Source: Tetramitus jugosus (lineage: Eukaryota > Protista > Heterolobosea). Taken from it: 64,000 nucleotides of DNA. The stretch covers positions 248,001 to 312,000 of the forward strand of contig OW569381.1 in the NCBI GenBank assembly GCA_937625935.1, given 5' to 3'. Under the pieces are notes generated by a model. It was not told where the DNA came from, ran no database searches, and was given only the letters and a program-made list of their open reading frames with translations. The position numbers and the translations under genes are program-made. This document shows, in pieces, positions 38,014 to 48,200 of this stretch (its first letter is position 1; every line of letters starts with the position of its first letter).

Positions 38014-38108
38014 GAATAGCTTTTCAGTTCAAGTGGTTTTTTGCTTCCAGAAATTATTGGAGGAAACATGATTTTCCGAGTAACTGATGATTTCTACGAC
38101 AAAGAAAA

Positions 38109-39135
38109 ATGGAGCGATACACCATTCTAGAGAGGATAGGAGAAGGAACGTTTGGAGTGGTGTTGAAGGCAAAGAACTTGGAGACTGGTGAAACGGTGGC
38201 TCTAAAGAAGATTCGCGTCAAGAAGAATGAGTTGAATGACTTGCCCAGGAATGCTCTGTCCGAGCTCAAAGCTCTACAAATGTTATCTGACTGTCCTTAC
38301 GTTGTTCGATTGAATGATCACTTTGCACATGGATCCAATCTGATTCTTTGCTTGGAATACATGAAAACTGACCTGAGTATGATCTTGAGAAAATCTCCGA
38401 GATCACTCAAAGAATCTCATGTGAAGACATATCTAAAGATGCTCCTGAGAGGTATTCACTACTGTCATTCCAATGATATTATTCATAGAGATATCAAACC
38501 TGCAAACCTGTTGATTAGCCCTTCCGGAGAACTGAAATTGGGTGATTTTGGTTTGGCTACAGTGTACGTTGGCCCTCAGAAGTCATATTCGCATCAAGTA
38601 GCCACAAGGTGGTATAGAGCTCCTGGTAAGAATTTTTTGTTTTTCTTTTTTGTTTTGAGTAGAATGTCTAAATCTTCATTAAGAACTTCTTTACGGAAGC
38701 AGGAGCTATGATCACAAGGTGGACATTTGGGCAGTAGGTTGTATTTTTGCAGAAATGTTGAATCACTGTCCTTTGTTCACTGGAGAGAACGATATTGACC
38801 AACTTCACAAAGTACTGCGACTATTGGGAACGCCTACAGAGGAAAACTGGCCTGGTGTATCAAATCTTCCAGATTTTAAGAAAATTACTTTCCCTGATAT
38901 CAAACGGATACCTCTCACTGAGTTAGTTCCAAATGCATCTCGTTTAGCGATAGATTTATTAGGGAAATTGTTATGTTTCGATCCAAAGAAGAGATTCAGT
39001 GCTGCTCAAGCACTGATGCACGATTATTTCTTTTCGGAACCGCTACCTGTACACAAGAGTGAATTGAAGGAGAACATTGCATGCATAGATCACAAGCAGG
39101 ATGAAAATTCTGAAAATGAACCTATTAACCCTTAA
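38109..39135 (+). CDS. CDK20: Cyclin-dependent kinase 20 / CCRK (LF2-like)
   Basis: Intron 38626-38683. IGEGTFG, ETGETVALKK, PRNALSELKALQ, HRDIKPANLLIS, DFG and YSHQVATRWYRAPELLYG. Confidence 0.85.
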
Positions 39136-39151
39136 GCGACAAAACATGAGT

Positions 39152-40585
39152 TTATTGATCTCTTCTCTTTCTTATTTCCTCCAATATATTGATGTTAAAG
39201 TACTTTCTCAGTGTGAATTCGGTAATGCACAACAAGCCAGCAGTTAAGCCAATGTTAACAATGGAATCAGCAATAGAACTGATTCTCTTTTCTCTTTGCT
39301 TGTAAGTGTTCCAAGCTTCTGCATAACTCATACTAGGAGTGAAGGTAACCATTGTATATAAAGGCAAGAACTTGTTCGGGAACAGCTTGTGCAAGAACAT
39401 TCCAAACTTCTTTTTCAATAGATAGGAAGTTGAGGCAGTCGACGATGACATTTCAATAAAATTATGCTCTGACAGTTCACAAATGGCATCTGTAGATGGT
39501 TTTCTAACCTTGCTGTACTCCTCGAACACCTTCTCCAAATTATCATCACCAACTTGATCAAACATTTGATTCAGAGTCTTACAGTCCTCAAATCCACAGT
39601 TCACACCTTGTCCATAGAATGGAATAATTGCATGAGCGGCATCTCCGAGCAACACAACCTTGTCCTTGTAGTGATGAGGGTTGCACTTCAACCACATGAG
39701 TGGACTCTTTGGATTCTCATGCCAGACATCCAACACATTGGGCACCAACTTTACAAAATCAGGGAACTCCTTATTCAAAAAGTCCAAAATCTTGTCATCG
39801 CTGTCCAAAGATTCAAAACTGTAGGGAGAGCGACTCAAATCAGTCTTCTCTCTCATGAAGAGAGTCACAGTAAAGTCCTTGGTCGGATTCGGCAGAGCAA
39901 TCAACATAAAGTCATGTCTTGGCCAAATGTGCAAGCAATCTGATCTCACAGCAAACTCACCACTCGCAGTCGCAGGCAACACCAACTCCTTGTAACTGTG
40001 TGAAACAAAGTGTTGTTGATACTGCATACGAGCACCTCCAAACTCTTGCATTCTCTGTCTGACGACACTGTGCAACCCGTCAGCACCCAAAATAAACTTG
40101 CCCTTCAATGGAGTTGAGGCCAAACCTGTGGCATTCGTGATGCTCGGAGCAACCAAATCCACATCCAATGTCCGTTCAGAGAAATGAACATTGACATTGG
40201 GCATTGATTCAGCAAACGAGAGCAAATACTCGTTCAAAAATCGACGTCCCACACTCAAAATGTACTGATCTGCCTTTCCATACGGTTGAAAAGACTCTGA
40301 TCCGTCCTTCAAGTGCACATAACGACCAAACATTTTGATACCGTGATCATGAATGTCCTGAACAATCTTTGGTGAGATCTGAGCAAGGGATTCGAATGCT
40401 CTGTTCGAGAGAGCCAAGTTTATGCTTCTGCCCTGAACAATCTCTTCCTTGCGAGAGTCCACTCTGCTCTCAAAGACTTGAACTTGATAGCCACGTTTGG
40501 CCATGTAGCAGGCAGCGAGGCAACCAACGGGTCCAGCACCCGAGATGATGACAGTGTTGTCGTCGTTGTTGTTTGTGAGTGCCAT
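39152..40585 (-). CDS. KMO: Kynurenine 3-monooxygenase
   Basis: GAGPVG FAD motif, GRSINLALS, LHIWPR..FMLIALPN, GDAAHAIIPFYGQGVNCGFED and PLYTMVTF. Confidence 0.96.
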   Translation of the reverse strand: MALTNNNDDNTVIISGAGPVGCLAACYMAKRGYQVQVFESRVDSRKEEIVQGRSINLALSNRAFESLAQISPKIVQDIHDHGIKMFGRYVHLKDGSESFQPYGKADQYILSVGRRFLNEYLLSFAESMPNVNVHFSERTLDVDLVAPSITNATGLASTPLKGKFILGADGLHSVVRQRMQEFGGARMQYQQHFVSHSYKELVLPATASGEFAVRSDCLHIWPRHDFMLIALPNPTKDFTVTLFMREKTDLSRSPYSFESLDSDDKILDFLNKEFPDFVKLVPNVLDVWHENPKSPLMWLKCNPHHYKDKVVLLGDAAHAIIPFYGQGVNCGFEDCKTLNQMFDQVGDDNLEKVFEEYSKVRKPSTDAICELSEHNFIEMSSSTASTSYLLKKKFGMFLHKLFPNKFLPLYTMVTFTPSMSYAEAWNTYKQREKRISSIADSIVNIGLTAGLLCITEFTLRKYFNINILEEIRKRRDQ

Positions 40586-40664
40586 CTTGTTTTCTATTGC
40601 AATTCTGATTGTGATTTCTTTGTTTGTTCAGATCACAAAAATGTTGAGCCTGAAAGTTAAAAGT

Positions 40665-40746
40665 CGCCCACTGTAGGATTCGAACCTACGCGGGGTGAAC
40701 CCAACGCATTAGCAGTGCGCCGCCTTAACCACTCGGCCAAATGAGC
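40665..40746 (-). tRNA. tRNA-Ser (anticodon GCT), long variable arm
   Basis: Reverse complement GCTCATTTGGCCGAGTGGTTAAGGCGGCGCACTGCTAATGCGTTGGGTTCACCCCGCGTAGGTTCGAATCCTACAGTGGGCG, followed by ACTTTT. Confidence 0.97.
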
Positions 40747-40791
40747 TTACATGACTTCTCTCCGTCATACTTTACCAGGACCTTTCTGACC

Positions 40792-41608
40792 ACTGTCATC
40801 TACTTTCCCCATGAGGAAATCTGCATGTGGAAAGTAGATCGCATCTACAGTCGCTGTTTGATCAAGAAAGAAGTGCAAGAATTGATGAAGACGAGCGATG
40901 TTGGCTACAGAGGGCAGCAAATAACAGTGGTGCAGATTTTAGCTTCCTCAAATACCCCCATGGTATAGACAGGAAGTTGGAATGGTTTCATGCGCAGGTA
41001 CGCAGTGGAACACTCCACACAGCAGAAGTTGTACGATATCTATACAACACTGGTGAGGAACAGATCATGTGCAGCTGGTGTCAGAGAGAGCCCGAAAGTG
41101 TGCTACATTGTTTGATCAGGTGTCCAAGGGCCATTATGATTAGAAGGCAATTGGCTGTGAAAGTGGGGCATGAGCTCAAGAATATGGGAATTCCGGACTC
41201 TGCCTACGCCGATGTTTGGTTTGATGAGGTGCGACTGAAGGAAGGAAAGGTTGTGAGGCAACCAATCAAAAAGTCTAGCCGTGAACTGCTGCAAGGAATG
41301 ATGGGCATAGAAACGGACGCCATCATGGAGGTCGCTGAGGGTCTTATGTCTGGAGGAATGAAGCAGCCACTGGCACAGAAGAAAGCCAAAACATATGTGA
41401 ATAGTGTCAAGAGGAGATGTCTTAAGACTCTCCACCACCTGTTCACTACAACGAAGGATAAATGTAATCAACGGCAATGACGCTCTCCGAGAATCATTGC
41501 CTACCAACTGGTAACTAACCAGGGCCTACTCTCTTCGAGCGTAGGCAAGTGAATAAGCAAGACAATAAAAAGAGCAACCGAAATGGTTGTATTTAAAAAA
41601 AAAAAAAA
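40792..41608 (+). mobile_element. 5'-truncated non-LTR retrotransposon S1 (tRNA-proximal copy)
   Basis: Intact ORF end 40827-41480 with CSWCQREPESVLHCLIRC. 3' UTR hairpins, AATAAA, GAGCAACCGAAATGGTTGTATTT and (A)14 at 41595-41608. Confidence 0.9.
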
Positions 41609-41624
41609 TGACCTCTGGCCCATG

Positions 41625-43117
41625 AGTAGTGAACACATGTATTCACCCTATTTTCAAGTATGCGTCAGAGTTCACTGATTGGACTGATGGATGGATACTC
41701 AAGGTGAACAGATTGGGAAGGATGCTGGTCAAGTACGGATCGGTAGCAATGAAACGCTTCCCCTCCGAACTGCTACCCGTCAGCAATGATCATGGATCGA
41801 TCGGTCTGAACGATATAGAAGAAACGATCACGACACAAACCGCATGGTTTGTCAGTACCATGGTGTCTGGTAAAAGAGATACTGAAGCGAAACAGCTGTT
41901 GCTTGACACGCTTGAGGAGATCAAGCAAAAACAAACATTCCAATCAGAGAATGTATTTCAGTCAAGCGACAGGCTGGAACACGCTAAACACTCTTACCTG
42001 AAGTGGTGTGCGCTAAGAATGCACAGATTCAAGATCAAACTGGGGAAAGAACAGGTCTACAAAAACTGTGATGACTGCAATATAGCACGATATGTACCAT
42101 CAGCTATCCTCAAAAAGCTCTACCTTGGTGGTATCACAAACAGGGACCAACTGGTCCTGGACCACAAGCTCAAAAGTCTGAAGGAAATCAGAATTGAATT
42201 CCCGGGGTGCAAGATCGGGGCAAGATCTCACGAGATGCTGAACATCATGCTGTTACAAATGAACGGGTGTGGATGTAAGTTACTCAGGGAGGGTACTTCC
42301 AACAGTAACGCAGAAACTCTTATGATGGGGGACTCCCATATCGAGAGTAGAGAGCAGCTACAGTCAATAATGAACCAACAAAGGACTGAAAGAATCAAGA
42401 GATTGGGGCTCTACTGGTTGCAAGCTGACGCAATGCGGAGCGGCGCTGACTTCAGCTTTCTGAAGTACCCCCACAAGATTAATAGACAAGTGGAGTGGTT
42501 CTATGCTCAAGTGCGTAGCGGGACTCTTCACACAAGAGAAACAAAACGCTGTCTATACGGCAAGGATGAAGTGATGGAATGATGTGAGCGATGTCTCAAA
42601 GAGCCAGAGACGATACAGCACTGTCTCATACGTTGTCCAAGGGCCATCATGAGGAGAAGAAGGTTGGCATTGTCAGTAGGTAAAGACCTTGACAAGTTGG
42701 GCATTCACCGTAAGCAGCAAATCAATTTATGGTTTGATAATGTTGTGTGGAAGGATGGTAAAATTACGGTGAGGGAAACCCGAAAGACGAGCAAGGAGTT
42801 TCTCTCAGGTATGATGGGGATGGAAAATGAAGCAGTGGAACAAGTAACAAAAGGTTTGAGGATGACCGGTGTGAAGAAGGTCACGGCGGAAAAGAAAGCA
42901 AAATCATTCGTGAACAGGGTGAAGAGGAGGTGCGTCGACACCCTTCATCGCCTATTCATATCCCACAAGGAAGACACATAACAATGACGCTCTACGAGCG
43001 TCATTGTGAGAAATGAAAAGTAACAGAGGAGATAACGCTCTTCGAGCGTTATCCAGTGTAAATCATCAGAAAATAAAATCGGAGCAGCCGAAGTGGTTGT
43101 ATTAAAAAAAAAAAAAA
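41625..43117 (+). mobile_element. 5'-truncated non-LTR retrotransposon S2 with a 16-bp TSD
   Basis: Flanked by TGACCTCTGGCCCATG at 41609-41624 and 43118-43133. One reading frame 41629-42981 is broken only by TGA at 42580-42582, before CERCLKEPETIQHCLIRC. (A)14 tail at 43104-43117. Confidence 0.92.
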
Positions 43118-43133
43118 TGACCTCTGGCCCATG

Positions 43134-43425
43134 CCGAGGAAGTCGAGCAGAGAGTACCTCATGGGAATGATGGGATTAGAGAACGACCCTGTCGACCAGG
43201 TGGCAGATGCACTGATGAAAAATGGGTGAAGAGTCGCTGCATCACAACGCTTCACAGAGCGTTACTACTGTTTGCAGTCCTTTGATTGCTGGAAGAGTGC
43301 TCTGCGAGCGTTACTAACAAGAAAGAGGAGACGCTCTCCGAGCGTCACAAGGACGATCTGAGAAACTAAAAGAAAGTAGGACAGAGTAATAAAGAGCAAC
43401 CTCGTGTTGTATTAAAAAAAAAAAA
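43134..43425 (+). mobile_element. 5'-truncated non-LTR retrotransposon S3
   Basis: Remnants KSSREYLMGMMG and VKSRCITTLH, hairpins, AATAAA, GAGCAACCTCGTGTTGTATT and (A)12. It is followed by GGACCTTTCTGACC (43426-43439), identical to 40778-40791. Confidence 0.85.
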
Positions 43426-43439
43426 GGACCTTTCTGACC

Positions 43440-43990
43440 TCGGCGTTACAGAAGTTGGTGGGGTGGAACTATTTCTTGAAATGTCCTTTTGGACTGGACA
43501 GGAAGGAGTTGTGGTTCTACCACCAGGTCAGGAGTGGTACCTTGCATACGAAAGTGGTCATGCAGAAGTTGTATAATGCCATAGGTGATGCTACATGTTC
43601 TCTTTGTGGCAAAAGTCCCGAGACCATCATTCATCTGCTGGTTGAGTGTGATTATGCCAAAGCAGCAAGAAGTAAAGTGGCAGAGGAACTAAAAGACAAG
43701 TTGAAAAGGATGAAACCACCAGACACTGCCAAGTTGGCTCTATGGTTCGACGGAGGTGCTCTCTAGAAGTGTTTTACACTCTTTTCCCTTTTTTTCGTGG
43801 TTGGATCTCCCCTCCAAGAGCGTAACAGTCGAGTGGAGAAAAGTGATAGATGGTGGTTGCAAAAGGCAGCAAATTACAACGTTCGAAAAAAGACCACTGC
43901 GGTGGACTAGAGAATTTCGAACAGGAATGGACTCAAAGCTGCAGTGGCAGAAAAGAAAGTAAGAACATATATGAACAGATGAAGAAGGGT
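43440..43990 (+). mobile_element. Decayed non-LTR retrotransposon fragment S4 (tRNA-distal)
   Basis: FLKCPFGLDRKELWFYHQVRSGTLHT and CSLCGKSPETIIHLLVEC. Bases 43931-43979 are nearly identical to a segment of G3. The 3' tail is eroded and the end is approximate. Confidence 0.8.
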
Positions 43991-44097
43991 CGTGAATGAT
44001 TGTTTCGTCCTGTACATCATAAGTAGTGTCAGGTTAAATGACCGATTCCAACAGCCAAACAAGAATCTATTACAACATCAAATATATTAACAAATAT

Positions 44098-44971
44098 TTA
44101 TTCTTGTGGTTCTGTTGTTCGCGAGCTAAGGGATCTGTGATTGTTAATTGCGTGTTCATAGAATTGAGCTCCTTCGGAATCATTTGGAGTTTCCTCGTAC
44201 ACAATCACTCTACCATGTGTCTCCAAATCGGAAACAATCTTCTTATGTCCATGGAAACGAGGGTACGTGAACACTTTTTCGTGCTTGAATGGGGGCAAGA
44301 CCATGTGCAAGTGCAAATGCTTCACAGAAACAGGATAATTGTAACCTGCTGTGATCCAATTCTCCAATTCATCTGGTGCAACACCAAATCTTTCACAAAA
44401 TCCTCTTGTTTTCAAATGCTCCAAACCAACAGTGTACAGCTTTTGAACCAATGGCAAGTGTTCTCTTGTCAACTCGGTCACATCAGTGATCACACCACGA
44501 GGAATGACATCAATGTGCTCACCGTGCACACTCACACCGTATCGATCATTGAAAACCAAGACTTCTTCGTCCTGGTACACAATTTTAGTTTCCTTATTGA
44601 CACCAGTGATGATATCCATAAACACATTGTCAGGAAGCTTCTCCAAATCATCAAGAGTCAGTTCGAAGCCACATCCTGTGCAGAATGGTGTATCCTTGTT
44701 GTTTGGTTTATCGCAAGCAGGACAAATTTTTCCGTACTGTAGGAAGAATTGAGCGCCAAAAATCGTGAGAGAAAGAAAGCAAGCTGTAAATATGATTTGC
44801 GCGCCAAAAAAGCATGAGTAAAAAGAAGAATGAACTAACCTGAAACTTTTCGATTGGAAATTGCACCAATAGTTCTTTCAGTTTTTTTGACTTTTCTTCA
44901 CGTTCCTTTTCAATGATTTGAATTTCTTCCTTTGAGAACTCTCTCCATGAATCTTTGTTAAATTTAGACAT
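44098..44971 (-). CDS. HIT-superfamily hydrolase (HINT3/DcpS_C-like) with an N-terminal zinc ribbon
   Basis: ATG 44971, intron 44737-44839 (GTTAGT..CAG). CPAC..CTGC, HIDVIP and the histidine triad SVKHLHLHMV. Confidence 0.85.
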
Positions 44972-45257
44972 GTTGTTGATTGTGGTGCTGATAATTGATG
45001 AGTATGGGTAATGGTACAAGTGTTGTGTGTTGTGGTTGCTGGAGAAGGTGATTGAGGTGCGGCGATGTGAACGAGCAAAGAAACAAAATTTTGTTGTTCT
45101 TGGCGCCAAGAACTGATGCTTTGCGAACATTCGTTTTTTTGTTGGAGCGGGAAAATCAGAATGTCCGAGAGAGAAACTGCGTTTTTGGTTTTGCAAAGCA
45201 TAACCTGATCCATCTATCTTCTCAAATTCGAGTTTCAATTGAAATCATTCCAATCAG

Positions 45258-48200
45258 TTGACCATGATCGAAGAGAGTAGTTCCAGTTTGTTTGAAGAAA
45301 ATTGTTCATTTTGTGTCAAGATCTTGAGCATTTCGCCCTCGATATCGATTCTAGAACTTATTCGTTTCCTGGATTCTGACATACTTCAAAGCTTGAATGA
45401 CAGAATCACCCATTTCTATATTATTCGTGCTGAGAAGCATGTTCATCTGTATTTGCGTGTCGATAACCAAAACAGTGTAAAATTTCTGTTGAATAAGAGA
45501 AGGATCTCTTTCAAGGATTCGGCAATGATTGTAAAGGCAGTCGTAAAACCTAAACCAAAGAAACAAAAGGAGAACAAACAAAAGCTACAACTACAGCAAA
45601 TAGAAAACAAATTTGGAATGAATACGATTGAACAAATACTGAAATCCAGTGATGCCTTGGACACTATAGCCAAGATGTATCAAACAATGATTTATAAAGG
45701 ACCTATAATGTCGTTGGATCGGGAGAAATTGAGAGAACAGATTCGTACTCAATATCGCGATTTCACTTGTGAGGAGGAGTTAGATCAATTATTATCAGTG
45801 GACACAAAGGCAACTCTATTCCGCAAGTTAATTGTTATCAGTTGCCTTTTGATGATTGAAGAGTTTCCATATCATAATTCTGAATCGCTCATGAAAGAAT
45901 ATGATGAACTCGCTTCTCATATTCGCCATGATATCTCAGAGATGCAGACGCAGAGAAGGCAATATATATCTCAATGCCTAGCTTTGAGATATAGATTTCT
46001 ACCAGACACCCGTGATCTTTCATCGACATTATCACAGATACTTGAGACTAGCAGCCCAAGTGTCAGTTTTCTCCAATTACGAAGTGATTTATTGCAATCC
46101 ATTCGGGATGCATGCTCTCAGAATGATATTCTTTGTGGTTATGTACCTTACTTGTATGGTAGTAGTGCTACAGATTTTATTACTGATAATTGCGACTTCG
46201 ATGTCGCAATGTTGCCTGAAAATGAAATGAACTATTGCGATCTTCCATGCTCAGAAAAACTTGAATTCATGAAAGAGTTGTTATTGTCTTCTGCTGGATG
46301 TAAGTAGTTTCTCCATATCTGTTAATATTATCATAGATTTTCTCACACCTTCGATTGCAGTTGACGACGCCCATGTTCGTCCTCCTGTCCTAAAAATTGT
46401 GTATCAACACACTGATGTTGATATCTGTTTTGATCATAAGCTGAACGTCGTAAACACTCAACTCCTGCAGCAATATGCCACTATTGAACCTTTAGTAGTT
46501 GATCTGGTTAAACTAGTCAAACAATGGGCAAAGGTTCATGACTTGAACGATTGTCCTCAAGGTGGCTTACCGTCCTATGCATTCAGTTTAATGTGTATTT
46601 TCTATATGCAGCGAACAGACTTACTACCCAATTTACAACATTTACTGTCTCGCGAAGATGTCAAGCCAACATGTATCGCCAACGCTGATGGATTTGTACA
46701 AGGGTTTGATTGTAGATATATCTGTGACAACCAATTTATTCGGGAAGTATGGAAACCTGCTCATGAAGATCTCGACATCTTAACGTTGTTCATAGGTTTC
46801 TTCCAGTTTTATTCTAATTTTGATTTTGCTCGTTATTCCATCTGTATTCGAAACAACGAATTGATTGAGAAGACTCCAAGGTCATCAGAGAAGGAGCGAC
46901 TTAGTCTCGACATCAATGTAGTCGATCCCTTTGATTTTAGAGAGCTGGCGCGATTTTGTTCCTCATCGAAACTACTTTCGACTCAGTCACTCATCCAAGA
47001 CACCTACCGAGCACTTGTTTCAGGAGACTATTCGAACATATTTGCCCATAGTATTATGAGTGAAGATGCGGATTTCGAAATTGAACCAATAACTGGCAAA
47101 CTGATTGTAGATTGTCTGGATTCCTCAAATGTGAGTATTTGCACTGATGGTTCGGTGTTGCGACTCAAGAGAGAGGATGTTCACTATGTTGCTCACGGAG
47201 ATATGATCACATATGATGGAAGATTCATTCGACAACTGAATCCGCGATGTCAAGAAATAGTGGGTCTATGTACTGTATCGAAAACAAACCAAGCGTTGAT
47301 ACCGATTGATACTCGATACCAAGAAATATTTTGTGCTCAGCGATATCTCTTCGGGCTTGAGATGGAGTCCTACGGAAATTGTCAACTAATCATGCAAGCA
47401 AAGCGCATGTATCCTTGGAAATACGATCGTATGAAGGCAATGCCTCATTGTATCATAGGGGGATCTCTTGATATTCATGCTCAACGACGAAGCGTCATAA
47501 TGGCCAATTTCACTAATAACCATTATCCAAGTACCTTCCATCCTGTCATGAAATCTGAATCACAGTTATACAGGTTATCTTTTCCTCTATTTAATGCTAT
47601 GACCCTACTGTTCGCTTTTGATACAGTTGATGAACAGAGAAGGCTAAAACTATATGTTCCAGACCTCACTGATATATCGAACAAACGTTTTGTCCAATTA
47701 TGTGTCCATACTCATCAGGTATCTGTTTCCAGCTGCTGTGTTGAACTACCTCAGCAAGCCTTGGAAAACAGTATTGAATTCACCGAGGAAGTTTGCCCCT
47801 TCTCCTCTATTAATGACCTAATCAGATCAACAAAAGAATTGTACTATTTGTTCGAGTACGATATGGATATGCTGCCTACCAACTTGATTCCTAGTGAACC
47901 ATCTTGCTCATCTTCCCTCTATCAAAATATACGAGTCCTTTTAGAAAATGATCTGAGGCCATGCTCCGATTTCTGCTTTGGAGTAAACTTGGTCAAGCAA
48001 TATGTTAAAACTGTGAATCAACTGTATCAAGTCGACACTGCCTTCTATTGCATGTACACAAGAAACATTTTTCGAGCTAAAGTTATTGAATTGCATTTAA
48101 CTGGAGAACTTTTCATTACTCTGCAAATCAAAGAGCTAAACCTGATTGTTTCACTCAGCAACCTACTCAATTTGAGCCATGTGATGCGAGAAACTGAATC

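Noticed and set aside
40778-43439. Direct repeats separated by unique sequence, superficially CRISPR-like or LTR-like
   Set aside because: The repeats are 14-16 bp, occur in pairs, follow A-tails and flank 0.3-1.5 kb of homologous retroelement sequence. They are target-site duplications. No cas genes or LTRs are present.
44036-44043. AAATGACC as a possible eroded tail plus TSD of copy S4
   Set aside because: Only a 5-nt match after three As, which is not distinguishable from chance.
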